This document shows positions 9,063-18,506 of a stretch of 36,178 nt of DNA, piece by piece. Positions within the stretch are counted from its first letter, which is position 1; each line of letters opens with the position of its first letter. Where the stretch lies: positions 1-36,178 of the forward strand of contig JAMPYE010000003.1 in assembly GCA_023700825.1 (NCBI GenBank). The letters run 5' to 3'. Position numbers and translations under genes: made by a program. The notes beneath the pieces are model-generated. The model was not told the origin of the DNA, searched no databases, and saw only the letters and a list, made by a program, of their open reading frames with translations. This DNA is from Thermoanaerobaculia bacterium. GTDB taxonomy: Bacteria; Acidobacteriota; Thermoanaerobaculia; Gp7-AA8.

Positions 9063-11108
9063 CAGTTTTTCGTCCTGCCGCGACATCAGCTCGTGGAGGT
9101 CCTCGACGGGGCGCGGTCTGCTGAACAGGAAGCCCTGCATCTGTTCGCACTGTTGCGAGCGGAGGAACTCCGACTGGCTCTCGGTCTCGACCCCTTCGGC
9201 GATCACCGTGAGGCGCAGCTTGTGCGCCATCGCGATCACCGCGCTGACGATGGCCGCGTCGTTCTCGTTCGTTTCGATGTCGCGCACGAACGACTGGTCG
9301 ATCTTGAGGCTGTCGATCGGGAAGCGGCGGAGGTAGCTCAGCGACGAGTAACCGGTGCCGAAGTCGTCGATCGAGATGCGAAGCCCCATCGCCTTGAGGT
9401 CGACGAGCATCTTGATCGCCATCTCCGGATTGCGCATCGCGTTGCTCTCCGTGATCTCGATCTCGAGGAACTCGGCGGGAAGGCCGGTCTTCTCCAGGAC
9501 GCGGGCGATGACCTGCGGCAGGTCCTTCTGATGGAATTGCCGCGGCGAGAGGTTGACGGCCACGCGCAGATCCCAGCCACGGTCGCGTCTCCAGGCGGCG
9601 GCTTCCGTGCACGCCTTCTCCAGGACCCATTCGCCGATCGGGATGATGAGCCCGACCTCCTCGGCGATCGGGATGAACGTGTTGGGAGGAACCAGCCCGC
9701 GCGTCGGGTGAAACCAGCGGATCAGCGCCTCCATGCAGAGCACGCGCCCGTTCGCCGAATCGATCTGCGGCTGGAAGTGGAGCCGGAGCTCGTCGCGCTG
9801 AAGCGCGCGGCGGAGGTCGTTCTCCAGCTCGAAGCGCTCGGCCGCGTGATCGCCGCTCGTCTGGCCGAAGAACTCGAAGGTGTTGCGCCCTGCGTCCTTG
9901 GCCCTGTACATCGCGACGTCGGCGTTCCTCAGGAGCGTCTCGGCGTCCTTGCCGTCGATGCCCGACATGGCGAGGCCCATGCTCGCGGTCATGAAGAACT
10001 CGCGCCCCTCGAGGAGGAAGGGCTCGGTGATCGAAGCAAGGAGCTTGCCGGCGATGTGGGCCGCGTCCTCGCGTGACTTGACGTGATGGAGGATGACGGT
10101 GAACTCGTCGCCGCCCAGGCGCGCGACCGTGTCGTACTCGCGCAGGCAATTCTGCAGCCGGTACGCGACCAGCTGAAGGAGCTGGTCGCCCACACGATGG
10201 CTCAGCGTGTCGTTGATCGCCTTGAAGTGGTCGAGATCGAGGAAGGCGACGCAGACGTGGCGGGTCAGGCGCCCCGCCTGGCTCAGGGCCACCTCGAGTC
10301 GCTCACGGAGAAGCGTGGGGTTCGGCAGCCCGGTGAGGGCGTCGTAGTTCGACTGGTACGCGATCTGTTCCTCGGCGAGGCGGCGGGCGGTGATGTCGAA
10401 CATCGTCCCTTCGACGAAGACGCGCTCGCCGTCGTCGATGAGCGCGAGATTCTGCAGCGCCCAGGCCGGCGTGCCGTCGGCCTTTCGCATGCAGACCTCG
10501 ATGCGGCTCTTCGTCCGTTCCTTCTTGAGCTCGCGGAAGAGCGTCTCGCGCTCTTGCGGCTCGAGGTAGGGGCTCGGGTCTCCGCTCTCGAGCAGGGCGC
10601 GCTGTGAGGGATACCCGAGCATCTGCGCGAACGAGTCGTTGCAGTCGAGGATCCGCCCCTCCAGATCGCAACGGTAGATTCCGGCGAGGTTGTGCTCGAA
10701 GAGCTGGCGGTAGCGGCTTGCGAGCGACCGATGATCGGCGCCCTCGGCCACTGGCGGGACTTCGCGGGCGGTCACGATGATCGAGCCGTCGATCCGCTCG
10801 CTGCCCAGGGCGAGCTCCACCCGCGCGGGCTGGCCGGGATGTGACGCCGTCAGCGTGATGCATCGTTCTGCGGCGCCGTCGGTCGAACGGCGTGCAAGCG
10901 CAAGTCTCTCGGCAGCGTCCTCTTCGAGAAAACGCTCCGCGAAGAAGGTGCCGTCGAGCGGCAGCCCAAGCAAGGCCGACGCCGGAGCGTTCGCAACAAG
11001 CACCGTTCCGTCCGTGCCCAGGACGAGCATCGGCACCGCCGCCGCCTCTACGAACTCCCGGTCGGCCTTCCGGCGGGTTCCACGCTGTTTTTCGGTTTCC
11101 GAGGCCAT
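9057..11108 (-). CDS. PAS-PAS-GGDEF-EAL c-di-GMP cyclase/phosphodiesterase, about 683 aa
   Basis: PAS/PAC features (RYRQLFEHNLAGIY...RKADGTPAW...FDITARR), DALTGLPN, RLGGDEF, MEALIRW, EITE, DDFGTGYSSL, KID and AEGVET. ATG 11108 chosen as the likely start. Confidence 0.95.
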   Translation of the reverse strand: MASETEKQRGTRRKADREFVEAAAVPMLVLGTDGTVLVANAPASALLGLPLDGTFFAERFLEEDAAERLALARRSTDGAAERCITLTASHPGQPARVELALGSERIDGSIIVTAREVPPVAEGADHRSLASRYRQLFEHNLAGIYRCDLEGRILDCNDSFAQMLGYPSQRALLESGDPSPYLEPQERETLFRELKKERTKSRIEVCMRKADGTPAWALQNLALIDDGERVFVEGTMFDITARRLAEEQIAYQSNYDALTGLPNPTLLRERLEVALSQAGRLTRHVCVAFLDLDHFKAINDTLSHRVGDQLLQLVAYRLQNCLREYDTVARLGGDEFTVILHHVKSREDAAHIAGKLLASITEPFLLEGREFFMTASMGLAMSGIDGKDAETLLRNADVAMYRAKDAGRNTFEFFGQTSGDHAAERFELENDLRRALQRDELRLHFQPQIDSANGRVLCMEALIRWFHPTRGLVPPNTFIPIAEEVGLIIPIGEWVLEKACTEAAAWRRDRGWDLRVAVNLSPRQFHQKDLPQVIARVLEKTGLPAEFLEIEITESNAMRNPEMAIKMLVDLKAMGLRISIDDFGTGYSSLSYLRRFPIDSLKIDQSFVRDIETNENDAAIVSAVIAMAHKLRLTVIAEGVETESQSEFLRSQQCEQMQGFLFSRPRPVEDLHELMSRQDEKLN

Positions 11109-11273
11109 CAGTTCTGCAGTGTAAAGCTTACCGCGCCTTTTGCCGGAATCGTTGTGACTCGCGACACCTTTACCGACCTGGCAACCACGCCCGATGCGCG
11201 CATCGTCTTGACTCGCCACTGAATACGAAGTAATGGTGCGATCGTTTCAACGACCCAACCAAAGGGAGTAGAC

Positions 11274-11798
11274 ATGGTTTCGATCGAATGGCCGGCCCGC
11301 CGCATCCTCAAAGAGCTCTGCAGCCCGGAGCGACGTCGCGACATCCTCCTCGCGTTCTGGACGCGAGGAGACCAGACGAGCCGGCGAATGGCGCAGGCGC
11401 AGCTCGCGAAGAGCCTCCACTTCCGCGACGAGACGATGAAAAAGCTCCCGGCCGGGAAGAAGGCCGAGTTGCTCGCGGCTCGACTCGCGTCGACCGAGTT
11501 CGAGCCACACTTCGAGGCCGCGTTGCTGACGTTTCACGTCCTCGAGCGCGGCGAGTTGATGGGCGCGTTCCTCGACGCGTGGGGAATCCGGCACAAGGAG
11601 GGCTCGATCGAGGACGACGAGTACACCGTGCCGAGCCGCGAGAAAGTCGAGTCGGCGGTCGCCGAGCTGGGCGAGCGATTCGCCAAGGACGACGTCCTGC
11701 TCTACGTCGCTACGGCAGGGCTCGTCATGGGGCAGGGGATGCCCGAGTGGCGCGAGTCGACGTGGCCCGTCGTCGACGCGAACGTCTCCGCGTCGTGA
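11274..11798 (+). CDS. Hypothetical cytoplasmic helical protein, 174 aa
   Basis: GGGAG RBS before the ATG and typical codon bias. It fills the gap between flanking genes. No function recognised. Confidence 0.8.
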   Translation: MVSIEWPARRILKELCSPERRRDILLAFWTRGDQTSRRMAQAQLAKSLHFRDETMKKLPAGKKAELLAARLASTEFEPHFEAALLTFHVLERGELMGAFLDAWGIRHKEGSIEDDEYTVPSREKVESAVAELGERFAKDDVLLYVATAGLVMGQGMPEWRESTWPVVDANVSAS

Positions 11799-11817
11799 GC
11801 TCCGGTTCCGCCGCGGC

Positions 11818-12663
11818 TCAGAGGATGCGCTCTTCGCCCGAGTAGACGTTCATCTGCTCGTCGCGCAGAAAGCCGACGAGTGTCATGCCGAACTCGCGTG
11901 CCAGGTCGATCGCGAGGCTCGACGGCGCTCCGATCGCGGCCAGGATCGAGCAGCTCGCGGCCAGCGATTTCTGCACCAGCTCGAATCCTGCGCGGCCGCT
12001 GACGAGGATGATCCGGTCGCGGAGCGGAGTCGCCCCGGCAATGAACTGGTTTCCGATGATCTTGTCCAGCGCGTTGTGGCGCCCCACGTCCTCGCGACTC
12101 TCGAGAAGCCGCCCCTCGCTGTCGAAAAGCGCCGTCGCGTGAATGCCTCCGGTCGAGGCGAACACCTCCTGCGACGCCCCGAGCGCCGACGGAAGGGAGT
12201 GGAGGACGTTAGCGGGGACCCGCGGCCCCTTCTCGAGGGTCGGCTTTACCGCGAGGTGCACTGCCTCGATCGAGGTCTTGCCGCATACGCCGCAGCTCGA
12301 CGCCGTATAGATGTGGCGCTCGAGCCTTCGGTAGTCGACTTCGACTCCGTCTGCCAGGTCGACACGAACGACGTTCCTGGTCTCGTTCGGCCCCGCTCCG
12401 GGGCCGCAATGGCGGATGTCCCTGACGTCCGAGGCCTTCGCGATGATCCCTTCGGTGAAGAGAAAACCGGCGGCGAGCTCGAAGTCGTCGCCGGGCGTGC
12501 GCATCGTGATCGAGATTGTCCTGTGGGAGAAGCGTCCGCTTGCCCACGACCCAAGCTGGATCTCGAGCGGCTCCTCGATCGCGACCATGTCGCTCGCGGT
12601 CGAGGGGTTCCGCCCACGGGCGAGCCGTGTCCGGGAGATCTCCAAAGCCCGTGGATTGGTCAT
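11818..12663 (-). CDS. fdhD: Formate dehydrogenase accessory sulfurtransferase
   Basis: EEPLEI, TMRTPG, GFLFTEG, SSCGVCG, TGGIHA, EDVGRHNALDK, SGR and APSSLA. ATG 12663 is the likely start. Confidence 0.95.
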   Translation of the reverse strand: MTNPRALEISRTRLARGRNPSTASDMVAIEEPLEIQLGSWASGRFSHRTISITMRTPGDDFELAAGFLFTEGIIAKASDVRDIRHCGPGAGPNETRNVVRVDLADGVEVDYRRLERHIYTASSCGVCGKTSIEAVHLAVKPTLEKGPRVPANVLHSLPSALGASQEVFASTGGIHATALFDSEGRLLESREDVGRHNALDKIIGNQFIAGATPLRDRIILVSGRAGFELVQKSLAASCSILAAIGAPSSLAIDLAREFGMTLVGFLRDEQMNVYSGEERIL

Positions 12664-12869
12664 GTTGGCGCAGATTGTAACGCCCGGCAGCGGGAGGGCC
12701 GTCGGGAACAAGTGCGGGGATGGATGCAATTTAGCTCGAAATCTACCAAAACTGAGTCCTCTATTGTGGACACTAAATTGAAATACGGTCCGGAGGGGGG
12801 TGGTTGTCGGGCGCTCAAAGAGGGAAGACTGCTCCCGAAACCAAGACAGATGGAGAACGAAACAAACCT

Positions 12870-13637
12870 ATGACGACCAGCCTGCTCATCGACGACGTGC
12901 GAGTGATCTGCGCTTGCCAGCGCGGAACTCACGAGACCTCGCCGACGCTGTCTCGCCTGGCCGCCCGCGCGAATGGGGCCTTGCCGCTCGCGCTTTCGCT
13001 TTGCCTGGCGATCACCAGCCTCGGATTCACGAAGTGGATTCCCGCCTCGGACCATCCCGCGGTCGCAGGTCTGCCGGAGGCCGATGCCTCCGACGACCGC
13101 GCCCTGACCGGCCCCCCGGCCGAGCTTCGAACGGACGACAACGTCGTCAACCGCGAACAGCTCGATGCGGCGCGCCGCAGCTACTTTCACCGCCATGTGC
13201 CTTTTGGCGCGCTCATCTATCGCGAAGCGGTTCGCAACGGGCTCGAGCCTGAGCTGGTTGCGGCCATCGTCCGCGCGGAGTCGAACTTCCGGCCGGTTGC
13301 CGTCTCTGAGAAGAGCGCTACAGGCCTGATGCAGCTGATTCCCTCGACCGGCAAGGAACACGGGGTCGAGGATCTGACTGATCCGCAGGCGAACGTTCGC
13401 GCCGGAGTGAAGTACCTTCGCCGGTTGAACGACCAGTACGGCGGAAACCTCTCCCTGACGCTCGCGGCGTACAACGCGGGCGAGGGGGCCGTTCGCAAGT
13501 ACGACGGGGTTCCTCCGTACCGCGAGACGCAGCAATACGTGCGTCGCGTTTCCAGCTATCGCCGGGCGTTCCGGCAGGCCGTGGCCTATCAGGCCGTGTA
13601 CGGCGAGGCCCCTGAGGGCCATCCGGCACAAAGGTGA
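12870..13637 (+). CDS. Lytic transglycosylase (SLT/GH23 domain) with N-terminal membrane anchor
   Basis: AIVRAESNF (catalytic Glu), GLMQL, LAAYNAG and ETQQYV. Hydrophobic segment near the N-terminus. ATG 12870 follows GGAG. Confidence 0.93.
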   Translation: MTTSLLIDDVRVICACQRGTHETSPTLSRLAARANGALPLALSLCLAITSLGFTKWIPASDHPAVAGLPEADASDDRALTGPPAELRTDDNVVNREQLDAARRSYFHRHVPFGALIYREAVRNGLEPELVAAIVRAESNFRPVAVSEKSATGLMQLIPSTGKEHGVEDLTDPQANVRAGVKYLRRLNDQYGGNLSLTLAAYNAGEGAVRKYDGVPPYRETQQYVRRVSSYRRAFRQAVAYQAVYGEAPEGHPAQR

Positions 13638-13649
13638 CGGATCGCACCC

Positions 13650-14426
13650 TTGCGAATCTCGCGAAGGGTGAGAGAATGTGCCGGCTTGAGCGGACCGAGT
13701 ACCCCGCAATCCTCCCCTTCCCACGCTGTCGACGTGCGCGGAGTCTCGCGCAGGTACGGCCGCCGGTGGGCTCTCATCGACGTGTCGTTCACGGTGCCTC
13801 ACGGCAAGGTCGTGATGGTTGCCGGGAGGAACGGCTCGGGTAAGTCGACGCTGTTGCGCGTGCTTTCCACCGCGATCCGGCCGGATCTGGGTACCGCGAA
13901 GATCGAAGGCTTCGACCTCAAGCACGAGCGCGACGACGTCCGCCGGAAAGTCGCGATCCTTGGACATGCGTCGTACACCTACGACGAGCTGAGCGCCATC
14001 GAGAACCTTCAGCTGATGGCGCGGCTCGTCGGAGTCGACTCGAGCCGCGAGGCGATGCTGCACCTGCTCAACCAGGTCGGCCTCGCAGAGCGCGCCGAGG
14101 ACTCGATCAACACGTTCTCGGCCGGAATGCGCAAGCGGATCTCGCTCGCGCGGGTGCTGTTGCAGAAAGCGACGGTGGTGATGCTCGACGAGCCGTACGG
14201 TCAGCTCGATCCTCCCGGATTCCGGTTCATCGACGGGATGGTGCGGCATCTCCGCGACGAGGGTGTGACGCTGCTGATGGCGACCCATCAGCTCGAGCGG
14301 GCCTCGGCGCTCTGCGACCTCGGCATCGTGCTCGATCGTGGACGCCTGACCTGGGAAGGAGCGGCGAAGGACCTTCCCAGCGAGGGAGGGCTCGAGCCCG
14401 CGGGCACCCCGGAGGGCGGCCCATGA
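13650..14426 (+). CDS. ccmA: Heme exporter ATP-binding protein CcmA (true start possibly TTG 13686)
   Basis: Walker A GRNGSGKST, signature FSAGM, Walker B MLDEP and H-loop ATH. Directly upstream of ccmB/ccmC. Confidence 0.92.
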   Translation: MRISRRVRECAGLSGPSTPQSSPSHAVDVRGVSRRYGRRWALIDVSFTVPHGKVVMVAGRNGSGKSTLLRVLSTAIRPDLGTAKIEGFDLKHERDDVRRKVAILGHASYTYDELSAIENLQLMARLVGVDSSREAMLHLLNQVGLAERAEDSINTFSAGMRKRISLARVLLQKATVVMLDEPYGQLDPPGFRFIDGMVRHLRDEGVTLLMATHQLERASALCDLGIVLDRGRLTWEGAAKDLPSEGGLEPAGTPEGGP

Positions 14427-15088
14427 GGCAACTCATTGCCGCGCTCCGCAAGGAGATGTTGCTGCAGTGGAGGACCCGGGCGCAGATTCTCGCCATTTTC
14501 GTCTTCGGCGCGACGTCACTGCTGCTGTTCAGTTTCGCCGTGGGGCCGAATTCCACGGCGCTTCGCCTGCACGCTGCCGGGTTCCTCTGGCTCGCCCTTC
14601 TGCTCTCCTCGACGCTTGCGCTGGCCGAGAGCTTCCAGCTCGAAACCGAGCAAAAGGGGCTCGAGGGGCTGCTGCTGCTGCCCGCGAGCGCCAGGGCGAT
14701 GTACTACGCCAAGGCGATCGCCAATGCGTTCCAGCTATCGATCCTCGGCATCGCGCTGGTGCCGGTGATGGTCGTGCTCTACGACGTGAGCATCGAAAAC
14801 CTGTTCGGGGTGTTCGGGGTCATCGTGCTGGGCGCCGCGGGGCTTTCGGCCCCGGGAACGATTTACTCCGCCATGGCCTCGCAGGCGAGGGCGAAACAAA
14901 CCCTGCTCCCGCTGCTGTTGTTCCCGCTGGTCGTACCGGTCCTGCTCGCGTCGGTCAAGGCGACCTCGCTTCTCATCGCCGGTGACCCGATGGGCCAGCT
15001 CAAGTCATGGGTGACACTAGTCACAAGTTTCGATCTCATCTACTGGTCACTATGCGGCCTGGTATTTGGTCGCGTCGTGGAGGATTGA
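14423..15088 (+). CDS. ccmB: Heme exporter permease CcmB
   Basis: Six hydrophobic segments, F-x-x-E-x-E-x-x-GLE-x-LLL and LLPLLLFPL-x-x-PVL motifs. ATGA coupling to ccmA. Confidence 0.92.
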   Translation: MRQLIAALRKEMLLQWRTRAQILAIFVFGATSLLLFSFAVGPNSTALRLHAAGFLWLALLLSSTLALAESFQLETEQKGLEGLLLLPASARAMYYAKAIANAFQLSILGIALVPVMVVLYDVSIENLFGVFGVIVLGAAGLSAPGTIYSAMASQARAKQTLLPLLLFPLVVPVLLASVKATSLLIAGDPMGQLKSWVTLVTSFDLIYWSLCGLVFGRVVED

Positions 15089-15829
15089 TTGTCCGACCCC
15101 CTGTTCGATAACGCCGCATCCGAAGGGCGTCCCGTGGTGGCTTGGGTCCTGATCGGTCTCGGGATCGCAACGCTGTTGTTCGGTTCCTACGTCGGCCTCT
15201 TCGTGGCGCCGCAGGAAAAATTCATGGGCGAGGTCTACCGCATCCTCTTCGTCCATGTGCCGACCGCGTGGAACGCGCTGCTCGCGCTCACGTTCGCCTT
15301 CGGCTGCGCGCTGATGTTCCTTTTCCGGGGCGACTGGCGCTGGGATGCGCGGCTCGAGGCGGGCATCGAGATCGGCGTCGTGCTCTCGTTTCTCCTCTGC
15401 TGCCAGGGTGCGATCTGGGCGAAGCCGACCTGGGGCGTCTGGTGGGACTGGGATCCGCGCCTGACCACGACGGCCGTGCTGCTCGCCGCGTTCCTCGGCA
15501 TCCTCGCGCTCCGGCGCTTCGTCGACGATCCGGTCAAGCGCGCGACGTGGTCTTCGGTCGCGACGGTGATCGCCTACGTCGACGTGCCGATCGTCTACTT
15601 CTCGGTGAAATGGTGGAACTCGCTGCACCAGATGCAGTCGACGCCGAACACCGTGTCTTCCGCGTTTCACCTGCCGCTCCGCGTCAACGCGATCGGCATC
15701 CTGCTCCTCCTGATCGGCGTCATCACGCTCCGAACGCGGATCGCGAAGATGCGCCTGCGCGAGGAGCTTGCCCCGCCGGAGCCCGCCGCGGGATCGGCGA
15801 TGGAATACGCGCCAGGAGCCGGACGATGA
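15089..15829 (+). CDS. ccmC: Heme handling protein CcmC
   Basis: FVHVP, WWD domain GAIWAKPTWGVWWDWDPRLT, and WWNSLHQ. Confidence 0.95.
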   Translation: MSDPLFDNAASEGRPVVAWVLIGLGIATLLFGSYVGLFVAPQEKFMGEVYRILFVHVPTAWNALLALTFAFGCALMFLFRGDWRWDARLEAGIEIGVVLSFLLCCQGAIWAKPTWGVWWDWDPRLTTTAVLLAAFLGILALRRFVDDPVKRATWSSVATVIAYVDVPIVYFSVKWWNSLHQMQSTPNTVSSAFHLPLRVNAIGILLLLIGVITLRTRIAKMRLREELAPPEPAAGSAMEYAPGAGR

Positions 15830-15990
15830 ACGAGACGAGCGGAGTGATTTCCGGCGGGTGGGAGTTCGTCACCGCCGCCTACGCGATCACGGCAGTCTTC
15901 CTGGGGGGGTACGTGGTTTCGGTCCTCGCCCGTTTCTCCAGGGAGAGCAAGGCAGCCCGGCGTCGCGCCTCGGGCTCGGAGGTGAACTAA
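15826..15990 (+). CDS. ccmD: Heme exporter protein CcmD, 54 aa
   Basis: Small single-TM protein (WEFVTAAYAITAVFLGGY) with a basic tail. Overlaps the ccmC stop (ATGA) and the ccmE start (TAATG). Confidence 0.85.
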   Translation: MNETSGVISGGWEFVTAAYAITAVFLGGYVVSVLARFSRESKAARRRASGSEVN

Positions 15991-16481
15991 TGAGTGAACC
16001 CGTCATGAACGAAGCACCGGTGTCGCGCAAGAACGCGTCGCGAAACAAGTGGGCGGCAGTCGGCGCGTTGGGCGTCGCACTCGTCGCGTTTCTGCTGATC
16101 ACGGTCAGCGGCATCGGAGACAATCTCGTCTACTACTGGACTCCGAGCGATCTCGAAGCGAACCGCGACAAAGCGGTCGGCGCCACCATCCGTCTCGGCG
16201 GCATGGTCAAGCCCGGCTCGATCGTCGGCGGAAAGAACGGATCGACGCTCGAGTTCGACGTCACTGATTACAAATCGACGGTCCACGTGAAATCGAACGG
16301 CGTGCCGCCGCAGATGTTTCGCGAAGAGATCGGCGTCGTTGTCGAAGGCACCATGACCGATGCGGGCCATTTCGAGTGCAACCGCCTCATGGTTTCGCAC
16401 GGCAACGAGTACCGGGCACCCAAAGAAGGTGAGCACCCGGACGTCAAAGAGCTCATCCAGTCAACCGAAGGCCTCGAGTAG
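15990..16481 (+). CDS. ccmE: Heme chaperone CcmE (His-type)
   Basis: N-terminal TM, NLVYYWTPS, IRLGGMVKPGS, PQMFRE, VVVEG and heme-binding HxxxY (SHGNEY). Confidence 0.94.
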   Translation: MSEPVMNEAPVSRKNASRNKWAAVGALGVALVAFLLITVSGIGDNLVYYWTPSDLEANRDKAVGATIRLGGMVKPGSIVGGKNGSTLEFDVTDYKSTVHVKSNGVPPQMFREEIGVVVEGTMTDAGHFECNRLMVSHGNEYRAPKEGEHPDVKELIQSTEGLE

Positions 16482-16496
16482 CGGAGGGTTCCCCCC

Positions 16497-18506
16497 GTGG
16501 TTCCTCTTATTGGTCGTACCCTGATCCTGCTGTCTCTTCTCGCGGCGGCTTCGGGCGCCATCATCGCGTTCACCGCGGGCTCCCGGAAGAGCGTCGTCGG
16601 AGCGCTTTGGGCCCGGCGGTTCGCGTACACCTACGCGATCCTCATCTCGTCGGCGAACTTCCTGATGATCTACGCGCTGATCGCGCACGACTTCACGGTC
16701 GGGTACGTCGCGCAGGTCGGCTCGCGGGCCACTCCCCTCTGGGTGACGATCTCGAGCCTCTGGTCGTCGCTCGAAGGATCGATCCTGTTCTGGGGCCTGG
16801 TGCTCGGCATCTACGTCTTCGTCGCGACGTGGACCTGCCGCAAGCACTACCCGGAGCATCTGCCTTACGCGATCGCCGTGTGGCTTGCGTGCGGCGCGTT
16901 CTTCAGCTTCCTGCTCGCGGGCCCGGCGCAGCCGTTTCACACCGTGCTGAACCCGCCGATGGACGGCCCGGGACCGAATCCGCTCCTTCAGAACCACGTC
17001 CTGATGGTACTGCACCCGCCGTTCCTCTACCTCGGCTACGTCGGAATGACGATCCCCTTCGGTCTCGCGTCGGCGGCGCTGCTCGTCGGGCGGCTCGGGC
17101 ACGAGTTCCTCCGTCCGCTTCGCACCTGGCTGCTGCTTCCGTGGACGTTTCTCACGGTCGCGATCGTCATGGGTGGCTGGTGGGCTTACGAGGTTCTCGG
17201 ATGGGGCGGCTACTGGGCCTGGGATCCCGTCGAGAATGCGTCGTTCCTGCCATGGCTGACCGCGACGGCGGCGCTTCACTCGGCGCTCGTCATGGAGCGA
17301 CGCTCGATCCTCAAGGGTTGGACCGTCACGCTCGTGATGGCGAGCTTCCTGCTGACGGTCCTCGGCACATTCATGACGCGCTCGGGCGTGTTCAACTCCG
17401 TTCACTCGTTCACGCAGAGCTCGATCGGACCCACGATCCTGGCATTCCTTGCGGTCTCGCTCGTCTGGTCGGTGCTGATCCTCGCAATGCGCGTCGATCA
17501 TCTCTCCGCCGAAGGTCAGATCGATTCGGGCAAGAGCCGCGAGGGCGCGTTCCTCGCGAACAACCTGCTCTTCGTGCTCTTCACCTTCACGGTGCTGATC
17601 GGCACGGTCTTCCCGCTGGTGGTCGAGGCGGTCAAGGGCGTGCAAATGAGCGTCGGAAGCCCCTACTTCAACAGGATGTCGGTGCCGATCGGTGTTGCAC
17701 TGCTGTTTCTCATGGGCGTCGGTCCGGCGCTTCCGTGGGGAAGGGCGACGAAGCAGCAGATGATCAAGGCTCTCGTTCCGCCAATCATCGGCGGAGTCAT
17801 CCTGCTCGCGATCGGTTTCGCTGTCGGCGCGCGCAACGCATGGACGCTGCTGGCTCTCTTCTTCGGCGGATACACGGCACAGGTGACCCTGCGTGAGATG
17901 TGGCTGCCGCTCGTCCAGAGGATGAAGGGAGGCGCGGGCATCGGCCAGGCGCTCGTCGAAGGCCAGCTCGTTCGCGGGCGCCGGCGTTTCGCCGCGTACG
18001 TCGTTCACGCGGCGGTCGTGGTCATCATCGTTTCGATCGCGGTGTCGAGCACGATGCAGCAATCGACAGAAGTGCAGCTGATGAAGGGCCAGTCGGCGAA
18101 GATTGGCCCGTACGAATTGACGCTCCAGGGCGTCGAGACGGTATCGGAGGCGCATCGAGAGGGAGTGCTCGCGAGGCTCTCCGTGACGAAGAACGGCAAG
18201 CCCAGCGGCGAGATGCTGCCGCGGATGAACTACTACGCGATGAGCAAGGATCCGATCGGCACGCCCGAGGTTCGGACGACGCTCACGCACGACCTTTACC
18301 TGTCGATCATGAACATCGACGAGCGCTCGCAGTCGGTCGGCCTTCACCTGATCATCAACCCGATGGTCGGCTGGATCTGGATCGCGACTGGAGTCATGGC
18401 GCTCGGCGGCTTCATGGCGACCTGGCCGACGAAGTCACGACGCAACGAGGCAATTCTGCGTGACGCCGCGCAAGCGCGCGGAGGAGAGGCCGTCGTTGAA
18501 TCGTAA
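16497..18506 (+). CDS. ccmF: Heme lyase CcmF
   Basis: WSSLEGS, NPLLQN, HPPFLYLGY, WAYEVLGWGGYWAWDPVENAS, GTFMTRSG and SVHSF. GTG start follows GGAGG. Confidence 0.96.
   Translation: MVPLIGRTLILLSLLAAASGAIIAFTAGSRKSVVGALWARRFAYTYAILISSANFLMIYALIAHDFTVGYVAQVGSRATPLWVTISSLWSSLEGSILFWGLVLGIYVFVATWTCRKHYPEHLPYAIAVWLACGAFFSFLLAGPAQPFHTVLNPPMDGPGPNPLLQNHVLMVLHPPFLYLGYVGMTIPFGLASAALLVGRLGHEFLRPLRTWLLLPWTFLTVAIVMGGWWAYEVLGWGGYWAWDPVENASFLPWLTATAALHSALVMERRSILKGWTVTLVMASFLLTVLGTFMTRSGVFNSVHSFTQSSIGPTILAFLAVSLVWSVLILAMRVDHLSAEGQIDSGKSREGAFLANNLLFVLFTFTVLIGTVFPLVVEAVKGVQMSVGSPYFNRMSVPIGVALLFLMGVGPALPWGRATKQQMIKALVPPIIGGVILLAIGFAVGARNAWTLLALFFGGYTAQVTLREMWLPLVQRMKGGAGIGQALVEGQLVRGRRRFAAYVVHAAVVVIIVSIAVSSTMQQSTEVQLMKGQSAKIGPYELTLQGVETVSEAHREGVLARLSVTKNGKPSGEMLPRMNYYAMSKDPIGTPEVRTTLTHDLYLSIMNIDERSQSVGLHLIINPMVGWIWIATGVMALGGFMATWPTKSRRNEAILRDAAQARGGEAVVES

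Noticed and set aside
12790-12860. c-di-GMP riboswitch upstream of the transglycosylase
   Set aside because: The class I and class II consensus elements are not recognisable.
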